Below are positions 52,190 to 60,763 of a stretch of DNA of 64,000 nt, in pieces. The number at the start of each line of letters is the position of its first letter. Within the stretch, counting starts at the first letter, position 1. This DNA comes from Phycisphaerales bacterium (GTDB lineage Bacteria; Planctomycetota; Phycisphaerae; Phycisphaerales; UBA1924). Under the pieces are notes generated by a model, which made no database searches, was not told the DNA's origin, and was given only the letters and a program-made list of their open reading frames with translations. A program made the translations under genes and the position numbers. The stretch covers positions 5,248 through 69,247 of the forward strand of contig JANQQZ010000084.1 of assembly GCA_028284805.1 (NCBI GenBank), given 5' to 3'.

Positions 52190-53479
52190 GTGCTCCGAGC
52201 GCTCGCCCAATCACTCTTGGGAAACGCCCCCGACGCCTGCCGATCGCCCCGCGAGACCGCCCAGGTCCTCGCTGCCGCGGCCTTCGGCGTCGGGCTGGGG
52301 CTGCCCATCACCCCCATGGAACTCGCGGGCATCCCTCTCATTCTGCTCACGCTGGCGGCACTGCCAGCCTGCTGGCGATCGCTCGGCAGCCTGATCCGCA
52401 CTCCCTTCGCGCTCGCCCTGCTCGCCTGGATCGCATGGGCCCTCGTCGCGCTCGCCTGGTCACCCGATCCCGAGCACGGCCTCGACGAGCTCGCCAACGC
52501 GCGATGGCTCTGGGTCTTCCCCGCCCTCTGGCTCGCGCCGCACCTGGCGCGCCCCATGCTCGTGGGCATCGCCATCGGCTTCGTGCTCATGCACGCCTCG
52601 CAGGCAACCCAGTTCATTCTGCAACTCATGGGCAACGAGTGGATCGCCACCAAACGTCTGCCCGACCGCGTGAGCGGCTGGTCCCAGCCCGCGGTCGCAG
52701 GGTCGCTGCTCTGCGCGATCCTTGGGCTGCACCTGCCGCGCGCCGTCTGGTCGGCTTCGTGGGCCTCGCGCGTGCTCGCTGCGCTCGCGCTGATTGGCCT
52801 CATCGCGACGGGCACACGCGGCGCCTGGATCGTGGGCTCACTTATGCTCGCCGGCGCGGTCGCTGTCTTGATCGTCCTGGGCGTCCGCTCGCGCGAGCAG
52901 CGCACCCGCGCGATCATCGTGACGCTCGCGGGCGTGATGATCGTCAGCGCCGCCGCGGTCGCGCTGCAGGACAAGGTCCGCTCCCGCGTCGACGAGGCCC
53001 GGCGCGAGATCGCCGCTGCTCTCGACGAGGGCAACAAGCACACCAGCACGGGCGGTCGCATCGTCATGCTCGAGTGGGCGCTCGAGGCTGCGCAAGCCGA
53101 ACCCGTCGTCGGTGTAGGCACTGGCGGCTACCGCGCCTGGGTCAACGAGCGCCAAGCCGAGCGGGGCATCAACCCCAACTCGCAACGCGTGCTCGACCAC
53201 GCACACAACACCTACCTCCACCTCGCCGCAACGCAGGGCGTCGTGGGCCTTCTGCTGTTCCTGACGGCTGCGGGCCTCGCGCTGCGGAACGCCTGGCCCG
53301 CGCACCCGCGCGACGCGGGCGTGCTGACCGCGCTCGTGGGCCTCCTGCTCGTCGGCGCCTTCGACACCATCCCCGTCAACGCGCAGACGTCGGCGCTGGG
53401 CGTCTCGCTCGCCGCACTCGCGCTCGTCAGGAGCCGGGCTCGGCTTCGGGCGCCGGAGCCCGGAGCTCCGCAGGCGTGA
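52190..53479 (+). CDS. O-antigen ligase / Wzy_C-domain membrane protein
   Basis: This is the in-frame 3' part of track ORF 51326..53479. It is polytopic, with a loop containing ATGTRGAW and a distal HAHNTYLHLAATQG motif typical of the WaaL/O-antigen-polymerase family. The start is uncertain: GTG at 52190 or ATG at 52316. Confidence 0.75.
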   Translation: MLRALAQSLLGNAPDACRSPRETAQVLAAAAFGVGLGLPITPMELAGIPLILLTLAALPACWRSLGSLIRTPFALALLAWIAWALVALAWSPDPEHGLDELANARWLWVFPALWLAPHLARPMLVGIAIGFVLMHASQATQFILQLMGNEWIATKRLPDRVSGWSQPAVAGSLLCAILGLHLPRAVWSASWASRVLAALALIGLIATGTRGAWIVGSLMLAGAVAVLIVLGVRSREQRTRAIIVTLAGVMIVSAAAVALQDKVRSRVDEARREIAAALDEGNKHTSTGGRIVMLEWALEAAQAEPVVGVGTGGYRAWVNERQAERGINPNSQRVLDHAHNTYLHLAATQGVVGLLLFLTAAGLALRNAWPAHPRDAGVLTALVGLLLVGAFDTIPVNAQTSALGVSLAALALVRSRARLRAPEPGAPQA

Positions 53480-53900
53480 GCCCGCCGTGCGCGTCCGACC
53501 AGGGGACGCTGCCCGCGTTGACCAGACCATCGATCGCGACGAACCGGCGCTCCCAGGAATCGTCGATCGCCTGCGCCTCGGGCCCGTCCGCGGGCAACTC
53601 CACCGAGGCCCCCTCGCGCACCAGACGCAGCTTCTGCTGCCCGTCGCGCTCGACCGTGATCAGGTCCACGCTGCCCTGGGGCTGGAGATCGACGTAGGTC
53701 TCGACTCCGTCGTCGAACATCGCCGTGTAGCTCACGATCCGCTCACCCGTGAGCGTGATGACCCGCTGCACGCGCACCTCGCTGGGGCGGTCGCCCTCGA
53801 GCGCATCGGCGCACCCGGGCACGAGCATCATCGCCGCACAAAGGACGAGTGCGTGCGGCGATACGGTGTCCCGGTCTCGGGGGGGCAGCCCCTCACTCAT
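53427..53900 (-). CDS. lipoprotein, hypothetical
   Basis: It has the lipobox MMLVPGC. It overlaps the 3' end of the convergent O-antigen-ligase-like gene by 53 nt and the upstream gene's stop by 8 nt. Confidence 0.6.
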   Translation of the reverse strand: MSEGLPPRDRDTVSPHALVLCAAMMLVPGCADALEGDRPSEVRVQRVITLTGERIVSYTAMFDDGVETYVDLQPQGSVDLITVERDGQQKLRLVREGASVELPADGPEAQAIDDSWERRFVAIDGLVNAGSVPWSDAHGGLTPAELRAPAPEAEPGS

Positions 53901-54192
53901 CGCTGATGACGCGCGGGCCTTCCTTGCCAGCGACGCGCTCCATGACCCCGTCGCCCTTCTTCTCGTACTTCGTGAAGCCGAGCCGCTCGAGGTTCTTGTT
54001 GCTCAAGACCGACTTCTCTTTCAGGGGCGACCACTTGCCCGCGACCATGGGGGGCACGATCGCGCGACGGCAGGGCTTGCCCGTCTCGGGGTGCTTCGTC
54101 AGCGCGTCGTCCTTCATCGCCTGGGTCCACTCGAACCGCTCGCCCGTGGGCTCGCCCGCGTCGTCCAGGATCTCGTACTCGTACGTCGGCAT
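53893..54192 (-). CDS. FmdB-like small protein lacking the zinc-ribbon cysteines
   Basis: It has the MPTYEYE start and the ...FE...LTKHPETGKPCRRAI spacing of the FmdB/CxxC_CxxC_SSSS family, but both CxxC knuckles are replaced. Confidence 0.55.
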   Translation of the reverse strand: MPTYEYEILDDAGEPTGERFEWTQAMKDDALTKHPETGKPCRRAIVPPMVAGKWSPLKEKSVLSNKNLERLGFTKYEKKGDGVMERVAGKEGPRVISDE

Positions 54193-54219
54193 CGGTGCGT
54201 CTCCGCTCGGCTGCGCCGC

Positions 54220-54546
54220 CTACATGAACGTCCTGCCGCTCTCCGGGTCCATCATCTTCCAGCCGAGCACCCGGCAGAGCCTGGCGAGCACGGGCCAGGC
54301 CGTGTCCTCCTCGACCACGGTCACCATGATCTGGCGCAGCTCCTCCGCGGCGGTCGGCAGGTCGACCACCAGACCGGGGCCGTGCAGCGTGAGGGTGCCC
54401 AGCGCCGAACCGCCCGAGCCATCGGGCGAGGTGTTGAACGGCTCAAGGTCCCGGATCACCCGTCGGGGCGAGCCGAGCTCGGCCATGCCCGCGGCGGCAT
54501 CCTCAGCATCCTCGGGTTTGAATAGAACGATCTGACGGCTCGGCAC
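54220..54546 (-). CDS. hypothetical protein (108 aa)
   Basis: Coding-like composition. It lies between the response regulator and the FmdB-like gene on the same strand. Confidence 0.5.
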   Translation of the reverse strand: MPSRQIVLFKPEDAEDAAAGMAELGSPRRVIRDLEPFNTSPDGSGGSALGTLTLHGPGLVVDLPTAAEELRQIMVTVVEEDTAWPVLARLCRVLGWKMMDPESGRTFM

Positions 54547-54604
54547 CGAACATGATTCGCCGGCGCGGACGCCCCATCCAGTCGAAACCGACGGAACGCC
54601 CCGA

Positions 54605-55009
54605 TCAGCCCTTGCGTTCGCCCATCAGCTCAACCGCGAGCGATACCAGAGCACCCAGCGGCACAGGCTTGATCAGGTACGCGTCGACGCCCAGCGCCTC
54701 CGCGTACTCCTGGTGGCGCTTGCCCTCGTTCGCGGTCACCATGATCACCACGGGGCTCGTCTCGCGCCCCTTGATCTTCTCGAGCGCCAGAAACCCGGAG
54801 CGCCCGGGCAGCATCATGTCAAGGATTACCAGCGCGGGCGGATCGTCCGAGGCGCAGATCTCTACCGCCTCGTTCCCGTTGTCGCAGCTCTCGACCTCGG
54901 CGCCCTCGGCCAGCATCGCCGCCTCGAACGACTCGCGCACGTCCTGATCGTCGTCCACGATCAGCACGGGGATGTCCTCAAGCCGTCCGGTCGTTGTTTC
55001 GGTGCTCAT
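54605..55009 (-). CDS. single-domain response regulator (CheY-like receiver)
   Basis: From the internal Met (MSTETTT...), after GGGAG. It reads VLIVDDDQDVR...LVILDMMLPGRSG...VIMVTA...GVDAYLIKP. Confidence 0.85.
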   Translation of the reverse strand: MSTETTTGRLEDIPVLIVDDDQDVRESFEAAMLAEGAEVESCDNGNEAVEICASDDPPALVILDMMLPGRSGFLALEKIKGRETSPVVIMVTANEGKRHQEYAEALGVDAYLIKPVPLGALVSLAVELMGERKG

Positions 55010-55225
55010 CGTCTGCTCCCACCATCGAGCGGCGGCCGGTCTGCGGAAACCCTCGGCGTGCTCGCCGGTCGTCCCACCAACCGCCAGCACGCAGTATGAC
55101 CGACGGTCCGCGGGGCTTCAAACCCCAACCCGTCGGATTGAACATCTTCACAGTTCGTGCCCAGCCCACCCCAGGTTCCCGAACTGCACGACCGAGAACC
55201 ATCTTGTCCGTCAGTTCATTCGGCC

Positions 55226-56353
55226 TCAGTCCAGGCGGTCGGTCCCGCGCCGGGCGAGCTCTGCCGCGTCACGGTCGCTCTGCTCGACGATCGCCTCGAC
55301 CTCGTCCGCGCTCATCCAGGGCAGGGCCAGAAGTTTCTCGCGGAGTTCCTGAGGGAAACCCGTCTGCTCGCGTTCCCACACCGGGCGGCTCTTCCAGCAC
55401 CGGTGCATCCAGAAGTACTGGTCGGGCGCCATTCGGATCAGCCGCTCCAGTTCGCGCCGGTACCGCGCGGTGATGTAGAACGCCGGGTCGGGCTGGTCCT
55501 TCCAGTCCTCGTAGCGGATCGCCGAGATCATGTTGGTGCGGTAGCCGAGCTCGTCGAGCCGGCGTCCGGTCGCGCCGTCGTGCACCTCGTCGATGCCCAG
55601 GGCGTGCGCCCCGCCCTCGCGCAGGACCGCGCCCACGACCGCGGTCGCCCGTGTCCGCAAGAGCACGGATGCCACCGACTTGTAGCTGCTCGCGAGCCGC
55701 CCGAAGAAGGGGACGAACTCGCCTCGCTCGCCCGCGTTCTGGTCCGCCACGATCGCGGGCACCGCGCCGCCGTTGACGATCGCGGGCAGGCGTCGCATCG
55801 CGCCGAACTTGTCGACCAGTCGCATCCCGCGGCGCGCGCGGACCTCGCGCATCCATTCGTCGAGCGCCGTCAGATCCAGCGGGCGGTACAGCGCCTGGAT
55901 CGGGATCCCGAGCATCGCGATGCCGTGACCCACGAGCTCCCAGTTGCCCAGGTGCGCGGTGACCGTCACCGCCGGACGCCCCTCGAGGATGTCATCGAGC
56001 CCAGGGAAGCGTGACTCGAAGGTCATGTGACGGAACCAAACGTCCTCGTTCATGAACCGCGGTGCGCGCACCACCTCGGTCGCGAGCTGCCCGAGGTGCC
56101 GCCAGACGCCCTCGGCGCACGCCTCGACGCGCTCGTCGCTCCACTCGGGGAACGCGAACGCGATGCGCGCCTTGGTCTTCTCGCGTCGCTTCCGGTTCAG
56201 CGGGCTCGCGGCGAACGCCCCGCCGACGGATCGCGTCATCGACTCGGCGGAGTCGAGCCCGGGCCACTGCAGCAGGCCCAGCCCCGCGCGGACCGCCAGC
56301 CCGAGCGGCGCCTGCGCCGATGCCGGGAGCCCCCGCCTCAGACGCCCCCCCAC
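55226..56353 (-). CDS. lipid A biosynthesis (Kdo)2-lipid IVA acyltransferase family protein (LpxL/HtrB-like)
   Basis: It has the HLGNWE catalytic motif, FFGR...S and a C-terminal extension. The start is uncertain (GTG at 56353 or a downstream Met). Confidence 0.75.
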   Translation of the reverse strand: MGGRLRRGLPASAQAPLGLAVRAGLGLLQWPGLDSAESMTRSVGGAFAASPLNRKRREKTKARIAFAFPEWSDERVEACAEGVWRHLGQLATEVVRAPRFMNEDVWFRHMTFESRFPGLDDILEGRPAVTVTAHLGNWELVGHGIAMLGIPIQALYRPLDLTALDEWMREVRARRGMRLVDKFGAMRRLPAIVNGGAVPAIVADQNAGERGEFVPFFGRLASSYKSVASVLLRTRATAVVGAVLREGGAHALGIDEVHDGATGRRLDELGYRTNMISAIRYEDWKDQPDPAFYITARYRRELERLIRMAPDQYFWMHRCWKSRPVWEREQTGFPQELREKLLALPWMSADEVEAIVEQSDRDAAELARRGTDRLD

Positions 56354-56360
56354 GCGCGGC

Positions 56361-57746
56361 TCAGCGGACCGCCGACTGCACGCGACCGATCAGCGTGTAC
56401 AGGCGGTTCTCGTTGAGCACGGGAACGCTCGTCCGGCGCGCCTGGTCCAGCAGGTCGTTGTACCGCTTCAGCTCGGCTTCCTTGCGGATGTACTGCTCGA
56501 CGAGCGCGATCGGAGCGGTCACACCAGGCTCAGGCGGAAGCACGGGCGGAGCGCCGAGCACCAGGAAGTCCACGTCGCCCGTGAAGTCCTCGGTCGTCCG
56601 ACCGCCCCAGTCCTCGATGAGCGCCTCGATCTCGGCCCGCTCGGAGGGCGTGGGCTGGCGGTCGCCGTTCGTGTCGAAGTTGCCCGCCACCAGGAAGACG
56701 TACACCTTGTCGGGGTCGTACAGCGCGTTGGCGATCACGTCACCCCGCACGATCGGGTTGCCCTGCTGCTCACGCAGCACCCGAGCACGGCTCGACGTCT
56801 CGCCCACGTTGATCACCTCGATCGACCCCTTGCCGCGGGGGTACTCGCCCGTCTGCTCGTTGGGACGGATCTGGGCCGCGTCGGCATAGACCTCGAAGGT
56901 CATCCCGAGCACCACGTTCTGGCGCCGCCCCTGGCTGATGAAGACCTCGCCCGCGTTCGGGTTGGTGTTGACCACCGAGCCGTCGACGAGCGCCGCCTCG
57001 CTCTTGGGCCGGAGCGCCGAGCCGCGCACCTGCTCGCGGAGCGTCGAGACCTCGTCCTCCAGGATCAGGTTGCGCTGCTGCAGACCAGCGATCTGCTGCT
57101 GCAGGCTGCGCTCGGTCTCCTCCGCGTCGGCCCGCGCTTGTGCGAGCTCCTCCGCGTACCGGTTCTCCACGCCCTGCAGCCCGTCGCGCCACTGCTGGGC
57201 CTCGGCCTGCATCTGGTCGATCCGCGACTGGAGGCCCGCGACCGTCTGGCGCTGCTCGTCCTCCAGCTCGGTGAGCCGGTCGGTGTTCGCGCGGAGCGTG
57301 CGGAGCGCATCGTCGCGGGCACCGACCGCCGCGTCGCGCGCCTGCTGCGTGGTCTCGACCTCGCCCCGCAGCCCGCGGATGACACCGAGCAGGTCGCCCG
57401 TGTCGGCGCCCTGGATCCCCGCGGACTTGGCCTCGAGCGCCGCGACCCGGTCGCGGCTGTTGCCCGTCACCTTGTCGTACGTCTGGTTCAGCTGATCGGT
57501 GAGGTAGCCCACGAGGCTCTGCCCCTCGCTGCTCGCCGCCGCCAGGTCCGACGCAATGTTCGGATCCGACCGCTCGGCAGACCGCACGATCTCGCGGATG
57601 CTCGACTCCTGGTCCGCCAGCTGCTGGCGCAGCTTGCCGTTGTCGGAGAACTGCACGAGGAAGGTGACGAAGCCCGCCGCGGAAAGCAGCCCGAGCAGGC
57701 TCACCGCGAAGATCATCCCGAAGCCAGCGCTGGTCCGTGCCGCCAT
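56361..57746 (-). CDS. membrane-anchored coiled-coil protein, hypothetical
   Basis: From the internal Met (MAARTSAGFGMIFAVSLLGLL...). It has one N-terminal TM helix, about 200 aa of coiled coil, and then a globular C-terminal part that includes a DVDFLVLG segment. Confidence 0.7.
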   Translation of the reverse strand: MAARTSAGFGMIFAVSLLGLLSAAGFVTFLVQFSDNGKLRQQLADQESSIREIVRSAERSDPNIASDLAAASSEGQSLVGYLTDQLNQTYDKVTGNSRDRVAALEAKSAGIQGADTGDLLGVIRGLRGEVETTQQARDAAVGARDDALRTLRANTDRLTELEDEQRQTVAGLQSRIDQMQAEAQQWRDGLQGVENRYAEELAQARADAEETERSLQQQIAGLQQRNLILEDEVSTLREQVRGSALRPKSEAALVDGSVVNTNPNAGEVFISQGRRQNVVLGMTFEVYADAAQIRPNEQTGEYPRGKGSIEVINVGETSSRARVLREQQGNPIVRGDVIANALYDPDKVYVFLVAGNFDTNGDRQPTPSERAEIEALIEDWGGRTTEDFTGDVDFLVLGAPPVLPPEPGVTAPIALVEQYIRKEAELKRYNDLLDQARRTSVPVLNENRLYTLIGRVQSAVR

Positions 57747-58100
57747 GACATATCGCTCCACGTCTCGGCGAGAGCACCGCCCCCGCCCGCACCACGACCG
57801 TCCGGCCGTGCGCCGTTCACCTGTGCTCGTCCAACTGGAACCCGTTCCGGGCCCCGACCCGGCGTTCACGCCGCGTCGGCCCCGCCCGGTCCCTCGGGCG
57901 GCCCACCGTCGGCCGCGACCCCCGCCGCAGCCGGACACAGTCTACGAGTCTCGCCGCCCGCCTGCCGAGCGTCAACCCGCGCAATCTCAACTCGCCCCGA
58001 TTCGACCCGTCCAACGCCCCGGATCCCTCACATCTGCCGACGAAACCCCTTCGGCCTCTGGTAGGCTGAGCCCCACAGCATTCTCGGAAGGAGACCGCCC

Positions 58101-58949
58101 ATGAACACCCTGCCCAAATGCCTCACCCTCGGACTCGCCGCATTCGCAGCACTGCCGCTCACAGGCTGCACCTTCCAGACGCGCCCCGGTCTCACGGTCA
58201 CCGACCACCGAACCCCCGACCGCGACGGCTACTCCATCGCAGCCACCACCGCGGAGGGCGAGATCAAGGGCAGGCACGTCCTGGGCAACCCGATTCCGTT
58301 GCCCGAGACCCGGACCCTGCTCATCCCCTACGTCGTCGAGTCTGATAAGGGCATGTTCGACGACGACGACCCCTTCGCCAACCGCGGCGGCACCGAGACC
58401 TACGCCACGCTCCACGCCAACACAAGGGTCGCCCGAGACCGGAACCGCGCCAACGCCTTCCGCGTCAACGCGCGCTGGCACAACGCCTTCTTCCGCGACA
58501 TGGACACAGGCGAGGACTGGATGCTCCTCGACGAACGCGGCGTGATCAGCCTTGCGCAGTCCGTCCCCGACGACCCCTCGACCGATACCAACGAGGGCCT
58601 GGTCGCGTTCGTCGCCACCATCGACGACACCAACCAGGACGGGCGCATGGACAACCGCGACGCCCGCGTCGTCATCCTCACCGACGCCGACGGGCGCGAC
58701 CCGCGCATCATCTCCCCGCGCGACGCCCAGGTCCTCGCGTTCCGCTACCAGGCCGACAGCAAGACCCTCTGGCTCGACATTCTCCGTGATTCCAACGGCG
58801 ATCTCGCGTTCAAGGCGGACGACGACCGGCTGCCCTACCTCTGCCGACCCCTCGATGATCGGGCCGCGAGCCCTGTGATCGCCCTGGACACGATCGACCG
58901 TGCCCGGACCCTGCTCAGCGAGGGCGAGGAGATCAGCGCCGCCGAGTAA
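58101..58949 (+). CDS. lipoprotein, hypothetical
   Basis: It is preceded by GGAAGGAG and has the lipobox ALPLTGC. The Asp-rich DTNQDGRMDNRD segment is EF-hand-like. Confidence 0.75.
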   Translation: MNTLPKCLTLGLAAFAALPLTGCTFQTRPGLTVTDHRTPDRDGYSIAATTAEGEIKGRHVLGNPIPLPETRTLLIPYVVESDKGMFDDDDPFANRGGTETYATLHANTRVARDRNRANAFRVNARWHNAFFRDMDTGEDWMLLDERGVISLAQSVPDDPSTDTNEGLVAFVATIDDTNQDGRMDNRDARVVILTDADGRDPRIISPRDAQVLAFRYQADSKTLWLDILRDSNGDLAFKADDDRLPYLCRPLDDRAASPVIALDTIDRARTLLSEGEEISAAE

Positions 58950-59005
58950 TCCGAGCCGAATCGGGCTGAGGGAATAGTCTGGAACGCCCGATCTATATCC
59001 CCGCG

Positions 59006-59611
59006 ATGGCATCCGCCGGCAGGCCCAAATCGTTCGATCAGACCGCCGCCCTCGAGGCGGCGATGGGCGTGTTCTGGGCCAAGGGCTACGAGGGCGCCAG
59101 CATAGCCGAGCTCGTCGCGGCGATGGGCATCGGGCGCCAGTCGCTCTATGACACCTTTGGGGACAAGCGAGCCCTCTATCTGAGGGCTCTCCGGCACTAC
59201 GGCGAGCGCGCCATCGCCCCCACCCTCGAGACCCTCGCGGGCCCCGGAGAGCCGATCGACCGCATCCGGGCCGTCTTCGACCGCTGGGCGACCCAGCAGG
59301 CCTGCCCCGACTGCAAGGGCTGCTTCATGGCCGGGGCCCTCGCCCAGCTCGATCGGCAGGACGCCGACGCCGCGGAACTGGTGGACGAGATGCAGGCCCG
59401 CCTGACCGGGGCCTTCCGGGAAGCGATCGCCCAGGCCCAGTCCTCGGGCCAGATCACGGATTCCGCCGACGCCGGCGACATCGCCGCGATGCTCGTTGCG
59501 GTGGGTCACGGCCTCGCGCTCGCCGGCAGGGCCCCCTCGAATGCCAGCTTCGTCCCCGCGGGCGTCCGGGCCACGCTGGGCCTACTCGGGATCGCGGTTC
59601 CGGCCGGCTAA
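59006..59611 (+). CDS. TetR/AcrR-family transcriptional regulator
   Basis: The N-terminal HTH is ALEAAMGVFWAKGYEGASIAELVAAMGIGRQSLYDTFGDKRALY. Confidence 0.9.
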   Translation: MASAGRPKSFDQTAALEAAMGVFWAKGYEGASIAELVAAMGIGRQSLYDTFGDKRALYLRALRHYGERAIAPTLETLAGPGEPIDRIRAVFDRWATQQACPDCKGCFMAGALAQLDRQDADAAELVDEMQARLTGAFREAIAQAQSSGQITDSADAGDIAAMLVAVGHGLALAGRAPSNASFVPAGVRATLGLLGIAVPAG

Positions 59612-59650
59612 CGGCCTTCCAAGATCAATCGGTCAAAAACATTCTTGATC

Positions 59651-59670
59651 TCTGGAATGATCGTTCCAGA
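59651..59670. promoter_or_regulatory. perfect palindrome TCTGGAA-tgatcg-TTCCAGA (candidate TetR operator) upstream of the SDR gene
   Basis: It has 7-bp perfect arms. A third TCTGGAA half-site lies at 59693-59699, and an AGATCAA...TTGATCT inverted repeat lies just upstream (about 59622-59650). Confidence 0.45.
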
Positions 59671-59734
59671 GACATGGTTCCCCCTTCCGACCTCTGGAAC
59701 CACACACCCAGCGACGACCGGAAGGAGAACGCAC

Positions 59735-60625
59735 GTGCCACCTGCTTCACAGACCGTCCTCATCACCGGAGCCAGTACAGGCTTCGGGCGCGACACCGCG
59801 ATCGAGCTCGCCCGCAAGGGGCACACCGTCTACGCCTCCATGCGGGGCGTCTCGGGCAAGAACGCCCAGCACGCCAGCCACCTGACCGATCTTGCCGCGA
59901 GCGAGAAGCTGAGGCTCAGCGTCGTCGAGATCGACGTGACCGACAAGGCCCAGATCAACGCCGCGGTCGAGCAGATCACGAGCGAGGTCGGGCGGATCGA
60001 TGTGCTGATCAACAACGCCGGGTTCGCCGGCCTCGGGATGGCCGAGGGCTACACCACCGACCAGGCCCGCGCGATGTTCGAGACCAACTACTTCGGCCCG
60101 GTGGAGCTCACCCGTGCGGTGCTCCCGCACATGCGTGCCCAGAAGTCGGGCAAGCTCATCCATGTCACGAGCGGCATCGGGCGGTTCGCCATGCCCGGCA
60201 TGGCGCACTACGCCGCCACCAAGTGGGCCCTCGAGGCGTTCAGCGAGAGCATCCGCTACGAGCTCGCGGGCATCGGCATCGAGAGCTCAACGGTCGAACC
60301 CGGCGCGTTCAAGACAGAGATCTTCGGCAAGCTCCAGCAGCCCGCCGAGCCCGAGCGCCTCGGTGACTACGGCGAGCTCGCCGGCATCGCCGACGGCTTC
60401 GAGGGCGGCCTCCAGCAGTTCTTCGAGAGCGAGGCCTACCGAGGCCCCGAGATCGTCACCGAGGCGATCGTCGACATCGTCGAGGCCGAGCCCGGCAGCG
60501 CACCGACGCGAGTCGCCGTCGGCGCCGATGTCCAGGCCGTCGCCGAGCTCAACGAGCAGAGCGCCGTCAAGCAACGCGAGCTGCTCGCCGCCTTCGGCAT
60601 GGAGGCCTTCCAGCCGCTCGCCTGA
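59735..60625 (+). CDS. short-chain dehydrogenase/reductase (SDR) family oxidoreductase
   Basis: The GTG start follows GGAAGGAG. It has VLITGASTGFG (TGxxxGxG), NNAG, and the catalytic YAATK (YxxxK). Confidence 0.9.
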   Translation: MPPASQTVLITGASTGFGRDTAIELARKGHTVYASMRGVSGKNAQHASHLTDLAASEKLRLSVVEIDVTDKAQINAAVEQITSEVGRIDVLINNAGFAGLGMAEGYTTDQARAMFETNYFGPVELTRAVLPHMRAQKSGKLIHVTSGIGRFAMPGMAHYAATKWALEAFSESIRYELAGIGIESSTVEPGAFKTEIFGKLQQPAEPERLGDYGELAGIADGFEGGLQQFFESEAYRGPEIVTEAIVDIVEAEPGSAPTRVAVGADVQAVAELNEQSAVKQRELLAAFGMEAFQPLA

Positions 60626-60687
60626 GACCACCACACGGTCGGCCCGCCTGACCACCGGGCCCATCAACCACAACCCCAATCCCCGAC

Positions 60688-60720
60688 GCCCGGGCGAGCC
60701 CGCATCCTGCTCGCCCGGGC
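60688..60720 (+). terminator. rho-independent-type terminator hairpin after the SDR gene
   Basis: GCCCGGGCGAGC-ccgcatcct-GCTCGCCCGGGC forms a perfect 12-bp stem, followed by the pyrimidine/T-rich attcttccttc. Confidence 0.6.
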
Positions 60721-60763
60721 ATTCTTCCTTCATCGGCACCGGGAATCGACCGATACCGCCCAC

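Noticed and set aside
59006-59008. tetR start as another member of the TAnnnT + 6 nt class (upstream reads TATATC-CCCGCG-ATG)
   Set aside because: The hexamer ends in C, or is offset by one if read as CTATAT. It does not meet the strict pattern, so I left it out of the count.
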